Shown: positions 35,800-45,839 of the stretch, piece after piece
Layout of the letters: the number at the start of each line of letters is the position of its first letter
Numbering within the stretch: position 1 is the stretch's first letter
Sequence record: SRR20825010_2634
Direction: 5' to 3' (one strand)
Length of the DNA stretch: 50,085 nucleotides
The notes under the pieces: model-generated
What the model was told of the DNA's origin: nothing
Databases searched by the model: none
What the model saw: the letters and a program-made list of their open reading frames with translations, nothing else
Position numbers and translations under genes: made by a program

Positions 35800-35921
35800 T
35801 GAGAACGCTCCACGTACTACGATTCAGAAAATTCAACGTTGGATCAGCTATCGCTTTTCCGCCGGAACCGTCGCAACCCCAGTTTGTAAAAACACAATCG
35901 AAAAGAGTGACAAAACGGGTG

Positions 35922-36623
35922 TCAGTAAGGCACGTCGACGGCGTCACATAAGAACCGCATCAACGGACGTGCATCGCGAATCAGTTGAGTGATACGAGCC
36001 ACCGCGTCATTGGCGATCACCTCTTTCCGATCCAATTTCGCGATACCGACAAAGTCGATCCGGCGCAGGTCTTCGATCATCGGATGATCACGGTCATAGT
36101 CTCGCGGGGACGTCTTCAACTGCTCGCCGCCCATCCCATAGGACGTGCGAAATGACTTGGCATTGCGAGCCCGCAGCCAAACCTTGGGTTCTTCCGCGAT
36201 GGCCGCTCGAATTGCTGCGAGCGACTCCCGTTGCGGTCGCCAAACGCCCATCCCCACAAAACACTCCTCCGGGGACAAATGCACATATCCCCCCGGCGTG
36301 TAGATGTCTTCTGACAACGTGCCGGTGAAGCACGCATCGTGCCGCATCGAAATGCCCACGTTCGTCTTGTAGGGCGTTTTGTCTTTGCTGAACCGCGTGT
36401 CCCGGTAAATCCGCATCAGCGAACCACCTTGCGTCTTGTCGATCACGCGAAGCATCGGCGCGGATCGTTTCAGTGGCACGGCGAGCTGTCGAATTAGCTC
36501 CAATGCCGGCTGCCGAACGTCGGACTCATAGCGAGGTTTGTTCTCCGCGAACCACTCTCGATTGTTGTTGTCCGAGAGGTCTTCGAGGAAGTGAAAGAAT
36601 TCAGGTTGGATCGGAGAAGTCAT
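35922..36623 (-). CDS. DUF2461 / TIGR02453 family protein
   Basis: FLEDLSDNNNREWF and RIYRDTRFSKDKTPYK. Confidence 0.92.
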   Translation of the reverse strand: MTSPIQPEFFHFLEDLSDNNNREWFAENKPRYESDVRQPALELIRQLAVPLKRSAPMLRVIDKTQGGSLMRIYRDTRFSKDKTPYKTNVGISMRHDACFTGTLSEDIYTPGGYVHLSPEECFVGMGVWRPQRESLAAIRAAIAEEPKVWLRARNAKSFRTSYGMGGEQLKTSPRDYDRDHPMIEDLRRIDFVGIAKLDRKEVIANDAVARITQLIRDARPLMRFLCDAVDVPY

Positions 36624-36628
36624 TAGGT

Positions 36629-37711
36629 TCAGGCTGCGGTTGCTTGCGGAACTTTCTTACCTTGCATTTGATAGACGTAACGCAAGATTTCCGCCACCGC
36701 TTGGTACTGCTCCGCCGGGACTTCTTGTCCCACGTCGACCAATTTGTACAACGCCTGGGCCAGCTCTTTTCGCTCCACCACAGGAATGCCATTTTCCAGT
36801 GCCAAGCGTCGAATGCGCTGGGCGATCATGCCCGCGCCTTTTGCCACCACGATCGGAGCCGGCATCGTCAACGGATCGTACTTGATCGCAATCGCAAGTT
36901 CGGTCGGGTTGCTGGCCACCACATCGGCTTTGGGAACTTCGGATCCGAGTTGTCCCATCGCCAATTGGCGTGCAACCTGACGCCGACGAGCCGCCACCTG
37001 CGGGTCGGCCTCGGTGTCTTTCATTTCGTCACGAACTTCCTGGTCCGTCATCATCAAGTCTTGTTCCGTTTTCCACCACTGATACACGTATTCGAGCAGT
37101 GCCAACACAAACAAACCGACGCCGATCCACAACGACACACCAAACAAGGTGTCAAACATCGACTTGGCCAATTGTGGCACCGACAACGAAGCCATCGAGA
37201 TCACATCACCGTGGTGAGCCCGAAGTGCTAAGTACGCGATCCCGCCGATGATGCCGACTTTGAACATTCCGAACACCAATCGCATCACGCCTTGAAGCGA
37301 CAGAATTCGCTTGGCCCCAGACATTGGGCTGATGTTGCTCAACTTTGGCATCAACTTGTCGGTCGAAAGCAACAATCCAGACTGAAACACGTTGATCAAC
37401 ACGCCACCGATGAACATCAGGATCATCATCGGCACGGCTGCCATCGCCAATCGTTGCGAGATTTGCAACATGTACTGCGTGGCATCTTGATTGGTCATCG
37501 GTGCAAGCTTCGTTTCGCCGAGGGCCTGTTCAATGCCTCCTGACAAATAGGCCGCCATGTTTCCACCGATGGCGTAAAGAGCTCCGATCGCGGCCAGCAG
37601 CAGAGTCGCAGATGTCAGGTCCTGGCTTTTCGCGATCTGGCCTTTTTCGCGAGCCTGCCTGCGTTTGCGTTCTGACGCTGAGTGTTTCTTATCTCCACCG
37701 GAATCAGACAT
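36629..37711 (-). CDS. flhB: Flagellar export switch protein FlhB
   Basis: AREKGQIAKSQDL, LMMTDQEVRDEMKDTEADP, NPT and APIVVAKG. Confidence 0.95.
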   Translation of the reverse strand: MSDSGGDKKHSASERKRRQAREKGQIAKSQDLTSATLLLAAIGALYAIGGNMAAYLSGGIEQALGETKLAPMTNQDATQYMLQISQRLAMAAVPMMILMFIGGVLINVFQSGLLLSTDKLMPKLSNISPMSGAKRILSLQGVMRLVFGMFKVGIIGGIAYLALRAHHGDVISMASLSVPQLAKSMFDTLFGVSLWIGVGLFVLALLEYVYQWWKTEQDLMMTDQEVRDEMKDTEADPQVAARRRQVARQLAMGQLGSEVPKADVVASNPTELAIAIKYDPLTMPAPIVVAKGAGMIAQRIRRLALENGIPVVERKELAQALYKLVDVGQEVPAEQYQAVAEILRYVYQMQGKKVPQATAA

Positions 37712-38498
37712 CAGGCGTTGTCCAAATCGAGGACAATCGCTCGACGTTCGCCGTCAAGTCTTCTTGAAACAACCACGCAACGGAACCGATCGTCAATGCG
37801 GTGACCACCAACATTGCCAACGCGTTGATCGACAATCCGATTGCCAACACATTGATTTGAGGCAACGTGCGACTGATCAAACCCGTCACCAAGTTTGCCA
37901 GCAACAAGGCAGCAATCACCGGCCCCGCGACACGCACGCCGCTGGCCATGGAATTGCCCATCACCACGATAACGGCGTCCATCATCGAATCCGTGAACTG
38001 AACGTTGCCCGGCGGAATGTGTTGAAAACTTTCGACCAACAATCGCAGCACCACCCTGTGGGCTCCCGTGATCAACATCACCGTCGTGACCAACATGCCG
38101 ACCATCCGAGCCAGAGCGGGCATGCTGCTGGATGTGGTCGGATCAATCGAATCGCCCAGTTGCATCCCGCCGGTGCTGGTGATCGCTTCACCGGCCAATT
38201 GCAAACCCGTGATGACCATTTGAGTCGTCGCACCGATCAACATTCCAATCAACGCTTCACGCCCAATCGCGACCGCCAACTCAGGCAGATTGTCAATCGT
38301 TGGCATCGATGGATGATCGCACTGCGCGGCCAATGTCGGCATCAAGATTGCCGTCAAAACCAGTGCCAACAAAGCCCGGATGCGTTTGGGGACTCCCACA
38401 CCGATCGCCGGCATGGCCATCAGCAACATACCCAGACGAGTCAGCACGAGTGTGCCGAGCACCAAGTGATTGAAGATCCAATCGACGAAGGCTTGCAT
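37704..38498 (-). CDS. fliR: Flagellar export protein FliR
   Basis: EALIGMLIG, LQLAGEAI and GLISRTLPQINVLAIG. Start at MQAF (38498). Confidence 0.92.
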   Translation of the reverse strand: MQAFVDWIFNHLVLGTLVLTRLGMLLMAMPAIGVGVPKRIRALLALVLTAILMPTLAAQCDHPSMPTIDNLPELAVAIGREALIGMLIGATTQMVITGLQLAGEAITSTGGMQLGDSIDPTTSSSMPALARMVGMLVTTVMLITGAHRVVLRLLVESFQHIPPGNVQFTDSMMDAVIVVMGNSMASGVRVAGPVIAALLLANLVTGLISRTLPQINVLAIGLSINALAMLVVTALTIGSVAWLFQEDLTANVERLSSIWTTPDV

Positions 38499-38500
38499 CG

Positions 38501-38767
38501 CTACAAACCACCCGCGTCTTCGAAGACATGCCGAGTGAATTCGACCATCCGAGACATCAACCACGGAAGACAGGCGATCAAAACCGCAGCCATCGCCATG
38601 ATTTTGGGAACAAACGAGACCGTTTGATCCTGAATTTGGGTGAGTGCTTGAATCAAGCCGATCACCAAACCAGCCAGCATGCCGACCGCCAACATCGGCA
38701 ACGCCAAGACAACGGCGGCCAACAAGGCTTCGCGAACCAAATCGATTGCGTCAGAGGCTTCAAACAC
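38501..38767 (-). CDS. fliQ: Flagellar export protein FliQ
   Basis: GLVIGLIQALTQIQDQTVSFVPK. Confidence 0.95.
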   Translation of the reverse strand: MFEASDAIDLVREALLAAVVLALPMLAVGMLAGLVIGLIQALTQIQDQTVSFVPKIMAMAAVLIACLPWLMSRMVEFTRHVFEDAGGL

Positions 38768-38773
38768 GGCGCG

Positions 38774-39700
38774 CTATCCCATTGTCCCAAAGCTGTTCAT
38801 CAACATTTCGACCACCAAACGCCATCCATCCACCAACACAAAAAGCAGCAGTTTGAATGGCAACGCGATCACGGCGGGAGGCAACATCAGCATCCCCATC
38901 GAAATCGTGACGCTGGCGACGACAAGGTCGACGATCAAGAACGGCAAGTAAATTTGAAAGCCCATCAGGAACGACGTTTTCAGTTCGCTCAAGATGAACG
39001 CGGGCAGGAGGACTCGCAGAGGAACGTCATCAAACGTGCTGGGTACGACGGCGTCGGGATCCATGTATCCATAGAACAACACCACGTCGTCTTCATTGCG
39101 AGCTTCGCGAATTTGCCACGCCATGAATTCGCGAATTGGAATGGCACCCTTTTCGAATGCTTCTTCCAAAGTCATTTCGACTTCAGGATCGGTGTATGGC
39201 TTGATCGCATCGTCGTAGACGCGAGTCCAGACCGGTGTCATCACGAACAATGTCATGAACAACGCGACGCTCGTCATCACTTGGCTGGGCGGCAACGATT
39301 GCAACCCGATGGCTTGTCGCAGCAAACCAAGCACGATGATGATGCGGACATAACAAGTCGTCATCAACAAAATGGCGGGTGCCAACGACAGCACCGTGAG
39401 CAGCAGCATGACTTGCAAACTGCCGGCCAAACCCTCGGGGCTGGTCCACTCATCAGGGCCGCCGGCGATGAAGTCGAGCGGTTTGCGGTCGGTTGGTTCG
39501 GGTGCGTCGAGGTTCTCCGGGCCGCCAAAGGCTTGAACCGGCGTTCGGTCGAGCACTTCAGGGTTGGAAACGGTCGCTTTGCTGGGCAGCGGATCATTCG
39601 GGCGAACGATGCTGGGCTCGGCTTGCTGTGCGAACGCTTCTGAGCCAAATCCAGCGGCGAAGAGAAACGTGCAAACGCCGGCTAGCAACCATCGCACCAT
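38774..39700 (-). CDS. fliP: Flagellar export protein FliP
   Basis: [35 protein letters not shown] and [14 protein letters not shown]. Signal peptide from MVRW (39700). Confidence 0.95.
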   Translation of the reverse strand: MVRWLLAGVCTFLFAAGFGSEAFAQQAEPSIVRPNDPLPSKATVSNPEVLDRTPVQAFGGPENLDAPEPTDRKPLDFIAGGPDEWTSPEGLAGSLQVMLLLTVLSLAPAILLMTTCYVRIIIVLGLLRQAIGLQSLPPSQVMTSVALFMTLFVMTPVWTRVYDDAIKPYTDPEVEMTLEEAFEKGAIPIREFMAWQIREARNEDDVVLFYGYMDPDAVVPSTFDDVPLRVLLPAFILSELKTSFLMGFQIYLPFLIVDLVVASVTISMGMLMLPPAVIALPFKLLLFVLVDGWRLVVEMLMNSFGTMG

Positions 39701-40223
39701 GACGGCCCGATCGCATTCGTTCACTCGAGGACAATTCAGTCGGGCAAACACAGCCAAAGCCACGGGAAGATGGAAAGCACCCACGTCAGGCCGAGCACCA
39801 CGCTCGACCGTTCCGAGTTGCGACTTTAGGAGAATTTGTCATTTCGCCGAAAGTCGGATTCGCAGCTCGATCTGTCTCAGCCTGAGATTTCGCGAAGTGG
39901 CTGGAGAAAGGGCATGTCTTCGAGGTTGTGCAGTTTTACTTCACCCTTCCAAAGGGAGGGTGATGATAAACTCGTGGCGATACAGCAACTTAGAAAACTG
40001 CATGTCCTGTTTCCTTGACGAGAACGGAGGATTCCGGGCCTCGAACGGGTTTCCATCCAAAATTCACGTCAGGAACAGCCACCCGAGGCCGGAATCGGAA
40101 CTTTTGTGGTGCCAAAGGGTTGAAACGATGTAGGCTAAAACCCGACCAATTCGCCCGGCGAGTTGAATTCTCTCGGCCAATGCCTCTCTTTTCACGCTTC
40201 CACTCGTCATTTTTGACTTTGCC

Positions 40224-41639
40224 ATGTTCACGAGCCCATTCTCAATCCGATTGCTGCTCATCCCCGCTCTTGCCCTTTTGATGTCGCTGCCGGCCGCGGC
40301 TCAGCCTCCGGGCCGAGGTGGATTTGGCGGAGGCGGATTCGGCGGAGGTGAGGGCGGCGATCGAGGCGGCCGCGGTGGTGATCGCGGCGGCGGAGGAGGA
40401 GGCGACCGTGGCGGTCGTGGTGGCGGCGAACGCGGCGGTGGTGACCGTGGAGGCGGCGGTGGCGATCGAGGTGGACGTGGCGGCCCCGGTGGTGGATTTG
40501 ACCCGGCCAGCATGCTGCAACGATTGGATCGCAACGGAAACGGCACGCTGGATCCCGATGAACAAGAAGGCCCCGCCGGATTCCTGATCCGTCGACTCGA
40601 AGCAACTGACTCCAGCATCAAGGCCGGCACACCAATTCCGCTGTCGAAATTCAGCAGTGCGTTTGAAAAAATGCGTCAAGAACGCGAGGGCGGTGGTGAC
40701 TCTCGCGGCGACAGTGATCGCCGTAGCAGTCGCGACACGGACGACATGGAACTGGAAATGCTTGTTCCGGGATTTGGCTTGGAAGCGGAACCCGTTTTGG
40801 TTCCCGGTTTTGGCCCAGCCGCCGAAATGATGTCCACACCCACCACCGAGGAAGATCGCAAATCCGCTCGTGAAGTCTTGTCTCGCTACGATCGCGACAA
40901 AGACGGCCAGCTCGGTAAAGATGAAATCTCCAGCCGTTTCTGGGGAAATCCGATGGACTTTGACCGCAATGGCGATGGCAAGCTCTCCGAAATGGAGCTG
41001 GCAACCCGTCAGGCCGTCCGTCGTGGCAACGAGGAAGAACGTCGAGACGATCGTCGCGATGACCGCCGCCGAGGCGACGACGACGATCGCGAAATTGTGG
41101 AAGTCGATTTTGGTGGACGAAAGTCCTACCGTGTGCAGGGACCGAGTATGGCCGAGGGCATGCCCAGTTTCTTTGCTCAACGCGACCTCAACCGCGACGG
41201 ACAAGTTTCGATGAACGAGTACACCAGCGATTGGACTCCGGCTCGGGTGGAAGAGTACTACCGTTGGGACCAAAACCAGGACGGAGTCATCACGCAAACC
41301 GAAGTTCGCCAAGGCGTCAATGATGGCGCCGTGGCAACTGACGCCCCAACCGGCCGTGCCGCACCAGGTTCTTCTGCCACCGCGCGTTCAGCCAGCTCGG
41401 GATCAAGTTCCGGGCGTTCAAGCAATTCCCCCGTCGCTGATGGCCCGCCGCCAACGGAAAAAGAACTGAAATACGCCGCGACCATCATTGGTCGATACGA
41501 CGGCAACAAGGACGGAGCTTTAACGGCGACCGAATGGAAGTCGATGTTGCTCAGTCCTGCTGGTGCAGATTTCAACGGCGATGGTCGCGTCACGATTCAG
41601 GAGTACGCTCAGCACATGGCGAATCGATCCAAACGTTGA
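40224..41639 (+). CDS. Exported multi-EF-hand Ca-binding protein with RGG-rich N-terminus
   Basis: Signal peptide AAA-Q, (GG)DRGG repeats and seven DxN/DxDG-type loops. Confidence 0.85.
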   Translation: MFTSPFSIRLLLIPALALLMSLPAAAQPPGRGGFGGGGFGGGEGGDRGGRGGDRGGGGGGDRGGRGGGERGGGDRGGGGGDRGGRGGPGGGFDPASMLQRLDRNGNGTLDPDEQEGPAGFLIRRLEATDSSIKAGTPIPLSKFSSAFEKMRQEREGGGDSRGDSDRRSSRDTDDMELEMLVPGFGLEAEPVLVPGFGPAAEMMSTPTTEEDRKSAREVLSRYDRDKDGQLGKDEISSRFWGNPMDFDRNGDGKLSEMELATRQAVRRGNEEERRDDRRDDRRRGDDDDREIVEVDFGGRKSYRVQGPSMAEGMPSFFAQRDLNRDGQVSMNEYTSDWTPARVEEYYRWDQNQDGVITQTEVRQGVNDGAVATDAPTGRAAPGSSATARSASSGSSSGRSSNSPVADGPPPTEKELKYAATIIGRYDGNKDGALTATEWKSMLLSPAGADFNGDGRVTIQEYAQHMANRSKR

Positions 41640-41645
41640 TCGCGG

Positions 41646-42308
41646 TCAAACCAAGATTTGGTTCAGCTCGTCGTTGATGGCACGAGCGGAGCGGAGATTT
41701 TGGAAGACACATCCGCATTCGCAGCGATCATCCTCGGTGCGTCGAAGCCAAATCACCGTCACAGTGCCGCTGACGCCCGATGGGGTGCTGATCAACAATC
41801 GCTCGGACGGATCGACTTGTCCGAGCAATGTGATTCGCATTCCCGACGCCGAGCAATCTTCTAGAACGACATCGTTGACTTCTGATTTGCCGTGTGCCCG
41901 ACGGACTTGAACAGGCATTCCAACCTGCATCCGTTCTTCTTCCCGGCGCGTGATCAAGCCTTCGTCCACCATCTGATCGATCAAATCCAAATCGATAGGG
42001 CGGCGGAAACGGAATCCGAAGGTGTTCGATCCCACCGACGTTTGCTGATTCCAACAAAGCCGGCCGGCCACTTCCAGTTCGATCCCCAGCGTCGGTGCAT
42101 TGATTCGAAGCACGGCGATGGTGACGTTGGAATCCTCACCCAACTTGGCCCGAATCGCGCAACCACCTTGGCTCAGGTCAGCTAACTGACAATCGTATTC
42201 CTTCACTATGTCGTCGCGAAGAATCACCACGACAGCCTTCAAACGGTCACGATGCTTCGCATAAAAACGATCGCTCGTTCGGTTTTGGCCGTTCACGTCA
42301 CGCGTCAT
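41646..42308 (-). CDS. Tandem PilZ-domain protein
   Basis: RTSDR..DLSQGG and REEER..DCSASG motif pairs. Confidence 0.8.
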   Translation of the reverse strand: MTRDVNGQNRTSDRFYAKHRDRLKAVVVILRDDIVKEYDCQLADLSQGGCAIRAKLGEDSNVTIAVLRINAPTLGIELEVAGRLCWNQQTSVGSNTFGFRFRRPIDLDLIDQMVDEGLITRREEERMQVGMPVQVRRAHGKSEVNDVVLEDCSASGMRITLLGQVDPSERLLISTPSGVSGTVTVIWLRRTEDDRCECGCVFQNLRSARAINDELNQILV

Positions 42309-42540
42309 GAGGTTTCGAAGAGAGTTAGAGAATCAGGGGCGGAACCATCTGTGAAACCCTACGTCATGAAACCCCCCACGCCTCGGAAATCCGAACTCTT
42401 CGTGAACTTGTAACGGTTTTGCCGCTTGTCCCACCGCTGCAACTGTTGGGACTCGTTCGGAAGGCAAAATCATCACAATCGGACCAGGGAAGACCCGATG
42501 ACCAGTGTGTCGAACATCATCCCGCTGTTGATCGAGTCCT

Positions 42541-44394
42541 ATGTTGCGTCCCCACCGCCATTCAGTTGCCTCTGCCAGTTGCCGTGCCCGCGGTCGGCAG
42601 CGACGGCGATTTCGGATGCTCATGATCTTCGGTTTGGTACCGCTGACGTTGCTGGCTCAACCCTCGTTTGCACAAACGACTCGGACCAATCAATTCGTCA
42701 CCGGAACTTCGGATGCCACCGAGATCACCGCGGCCCCCGGTGTCGCCACCGCTCGGCTGATGCTGCCCCAATCGAGCTCGACGATCGTCAAACAGCCCAC
42801 CTCGCAAGCCCCGCCTGAATGGTCGACGCCGCTCGCCGCGTCCCATGATGCAGAACCGGCCGGATTCTCGGGACAGATCCCGGTCGGCCCTCATCAAAAC
42901 AGCTTTGAATCGTTTCAACCCGTTGCGGTCGGCGAAGAACCTCAACCGACCGAGGCCCCTCGCATCGCGATGCGTCCGCAAGAACGGACCAACGATACGC
43001 TCCGCACGCCTCGTCAAAGCCAGCCGAACAAGCCCGCTGCAGGTGCGAGACCTCAACGTTTGCCGATGGCTGAACCATCACCACAAACCACGACGGAAAT
43101 CGCCGCGTCCAAATCCACCGCTCAACGATTTGCCGAAGTGATCGCCGAGCGGCGTGCAACGGAACAAGCCAAATCGCCCGTCACACCACCGGCCGCCGCA
43201 TCGGGCATGTTCCTGGCGACTCAAACAGCCAAGTCAAAACTCGATCAAGCTTGGAAGCATTTTCAACAAGCCGAGCTGGAATACAGTTCCGCGGCTTACG
43301 CATCGGCTGAAACATCTGCTTGGCAAACGTTGCACTTGGCCGCCGAAGCGATCGATCTACACGAACAACACACCCGTTCGCGCACCGCAATCGAATCAGG
43401 ACAGGCCGTCGCGGCGGCTCCTTCGCGTTCGGCCGTTCGACATTTGCAATCCGGTCGAGACGCACTCAACGAAGCACAAGATTTCGTCGGCCCGTACGCC
43501 ACGGACGATCCCGAATCGATCGCACGTTTGGCTCGATCGCACCGCACTCCTGTCGTCCGACAAGGTCTCCCACGTCGCGGCCGAGCGGCATCGGCTTCGC
43601 ATCCCGATTATCAATCCGCTCCCAAAGATGAGCTTGGTTGGTACACCGAGATGCAGGTCGAAAGCACCGATGGTGCAACGCAATCGATTCCAACCGCCAA
43701 CGAGGCCATCGATCGCTACCTTGATTTGGCTCGGATGGAACTCAGCGAAGTCGCGGCTCAAAGCTTACTCGCCGCACAAGCCATGGATTTGCTCGCAGCG
43801 ATTCGACTCGGTCGAGGTGAAGCCACCCAATTGCCTGGACCTTCCGCCATTTGCCTGAGACGAGCGGCTGTGCAAGGTCAAAGCAACAACCCGGACTTGG
43901 TTGCCAAACTTGGGTATCACTTGGCTGATGTTGGTTTGATCGAAGAAGCCACCTGGGCGTTGCAACATTCACTGACGCTTCGATACGACGTCCACGTTCT
44001 GCAAAAGCTTAACCAAATCGAATCCTTGTCGCCCGCCGCCACCACGGTCTTGAAGGGTGCTCCGATTCGGTCGCAAGCACAAACTCGACGCACACCCGAC
44101 GTGGTCACGATGTCGCCTGAACAATTCGCATCAGTCTCGCGCAGCATCATCCCAGCACAAACCGGCGACGCACAAAACAACACTGGATCGGTGAACGCGA
44201 AGAACGTTTCGACAAACTTACCCGTTCACACTCAACCGGCCAGCTACCGCTTGATGAACACTCCGCCCGCAACGGCGGCGTTGGGACAATCACTCGCTGT
44301 CCCTGAATCGAATTCGAATGAGACGCCTGAGCCAACTCAACAACCGACTCGAAACAGTTCACGTTTCTTGCCTCAACTCAAAAAGTGGTGGTAA
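42541..44394 (+). CDS. Hypothetical exported protein with helical/TPR-like region
   Basis: Signal peptide ending SFA-Q, Pro-rich linker and a TPR-like segment (NPDLVAKLGYHLADVGLIEEATWALQHSL). Ends 4 bp before the Wza-like gene. Confidence 0.7.
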   Translation: MLRPHRHSVASASCRARGRQRRRFRMLMIFGLVPLTLLAQPSFAQTTRTNQFVTGTSDATEITAAPGVATARLMLPQSSSTIVKQPTSQAPPEWSTPLAASHDAEPAGFSGQIPVGPHQNSFESFQPVAVGEEPQPTEAPRIAMRPQERTNDTLRTPRQSQPNKPAAGARPQRLPMAEPSPQTTTEIAASKSTAQRFAEVIAERRATEQAKSPVTPPAAASGMFLATQTAKSKLDQAWKHFQQAELEYSSAAYASAETSAWQTLHLAAEAIDLHEQHTRSRTAIESGQAVAAAPSRSAVRHLQSGRDALNEAQDFVGPYATDDPESIARLARSHRTPVVRQGLPRRGRAASASHPDYQSAPKDELGWYTEMQVESTDGATQSIPTANEAIDRYLDLARMELSEVAAQSLLAAQAMDLLAAIRLGRGEATQLPGPSAICLRRAAVQGQSNNPDLVAKLGYHLADVGLIEEATWALQHSLTLRYDVHVLQKLNQIESLSPAATTVLKGAPIRSQAQTRRTPDVVTMSPEQFASVSRSIIPAQTGDAQNNTGSVNAKNVSTNLPVHTQPASYRLMNTPPATAALGQSLAVPESNSNETPEPTQQPTRNSSRFLPQLKKWW

Positions 44395-44398
44395 GACC

Positions 44399-45733
44399 AT
44401 GCGATTGATTTCTCGTCTCTCATCGATCTGTCCGCAATCGATCAATATCATTGCCGCTCTCGTCGTGATTGGGCTTTGTTTATTGCAAGTCCAAACCGCA
44501 AATGCGCAATTGAGATCGGGTCAGCTGTTACCGGCCTCCGATTCGCAACGTGTTCCCGTTCCGTCGCACACGGTCAACACACATTCAAACGTCGCGCACG
44601 CACCAGCCTGGAATGGTCCAGGTTCGCAAAGTGCATGTGGGCCATGCGGATCGTGTGGAACGCACATGGTTTTGACCGCCGAAGGTTACGGTTGCCCCAA
44701 ATGCATGCTGGGCGTTGACTGTGCAACCGCCTGCGGCAGCGAAGCTCGTTGGCAGGACATGAAGCCAATGGACTTCGACAAATACGGACCGGGCGGCTAC
44801 ACCGGTCCAGCCCGGATGCGACATCTGGCGAAATACCATGTTCGTCCCGGCGATCAGCTTCAAATGGTTTACTTGGTCACTCGTCGACAAGACGCGGGTC
44901 AGTATCGTCTCATGCCCGGCGACCAAGTCTCGATTGAATCCATCGCCGATGAAGACTTGGATCGCGGGACCCTGGAAAGCGGCTTGTTGATTCAACCCGA
45001 TGGTTCGATCACGGTGCGTTTGCTCGGGCAAGTCCAAGCGGCCGGACTGACGGTGCCGGGTCTGCGAGACTTATTGGAACGCGAATACAAAGCGTTTTAC
45101 GATGATCCGGCAATCGACGTCACGCCCGTTCGCACCAATACATTGGCAGAAGACATCCGCGCCGCTGTCGGTGGACTCGGTGGGTTCACCGCGCAAGCCA
45201 TCACGACGACGGTCATGCCCGACGGTCACGTTCGATTGCCAGGCATCGGCCAAGTCAGCGTGCAAGGGTTCACTCTGGAACAACTCAAACGCGAAATCAA
45301 TTTGCGATACGCGGAAGTTGTGGTCGGACTGGAAGTCGAACCGATCCTGACACAACAAGCACCACACTTCGTTTATGTGCTCGGACAAGTCGGACTGCCT
45401 GGACGTCAAGAGATCACCACGCCGACGACCGTGCTCGGTGCCATCGCAGCCTCGGGTGGTCACCTGCCCGATGGCAACCTACGTCAGGTCATCGTGTTCC
45501 GGCGTGCGGAAGATTGGCGAATGATCAGCACCATGCTGGACCTCAACGGAGCGATCCGCGGGAAACGCCCGACCCCTGCCGATGAAATTTGGGTTCGCGA
45601 TGGCGACGTGATCGTCATCCCCGATCGCCCGATCACCGTGTTCGGCGACTTCGTCCGCCAAGTCTTCACCGAAGGCGTCTACGGCATCGTTCCCTTCGGC
45701 GGATTCTCATTCACCAGTGACACAGCGAACTAG
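44399..45733 (+). CDS. Polysaccharide export protein (Wza/OPX family)
   Basis: YRLMPGDQVSI, IQPDGSITVRLLGQVQAAGLT, VMPDGHVRLPGIG, VYVLGQVGLPG and VRDGDVIVIP. Start at 44399. Confidence 0.88.
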   Translation: MRLISRLSSICPQSINIIAALVVIGLCLLQVQTANAQLRSGQLLPASDSQRVPVPSHTVNTHSNVAHAPAWNGPGSQSACGPCGSCGTHMVLTAEGYGCPKCMLGVDCATACGSEARWQDMKPMDFDKYGPGGYTGPARMRHLAKYHVRPGDQLQMVYLVTRRQDAGQYRLMPGDQVSIESIADEDLDRGTLESGLLIQPDGSITVRLLGQVQAAGLTVPGLRDLLEREYKAFYDDPAIDVTPVRTNTLAEDIRAAVGGLGGFTAQAITTTVMPDGHVRLPGIGQVSVQGFTLEQLKREINLRYAEVVVGLEVEPILTQQAPHFVYVLGQVGLPGRQEITTPTTVLGAIAASGGHLPDGNLRQVIVFRRAEDWRMISTMLDLNGAIRGKRPTPADEIWVRDGDVIVIPDRPITVFGDFVRQVFTEGVYGIVPFGGFSFTSDTAN

Positions 45734-45761
45734 CTCTCAACTCGGTTGTCACTGAAGATGG

Positions 45762-45797
45762 CGTAGCCGTACGACGGGCTTCCAAGCCGTCGCTACG
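45762..45797. repeat. Palindromic REP-like element between convergent genes
   Basis: CGTAG..CGACGG-GCTTCCAAG-CCGTCG-CTACG, with no U-tract in terminator orientation. Confidence 0.45.
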
Positions 45798-45839
45798 AAA
45801 AACCGGGCCGCTAGAGAATGCTTGCTCTCACTCCCAGGG

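Noticed and set aside
38528-39643. 371-aa plus-strand ORF (also 37665-38627 and 36473-37231)
   Set aside because: Antisense to well-supported fliP, fliQ, fliR and flhB, with no recognisable motifs.
4318-39700. Secretin plus fliPQR/flhB as an injectisome T3SS
   Set aside because: They are over 30 kb apart, the export genes look flagellar (FliP has a signal peptide), and no sctJ/D/N/V genes are present.
40242-41312. 356-aa and Pro-rich antisense ORFs
   Set aside because: Shadows of the Gly/Arg-rich EF-hand gene.
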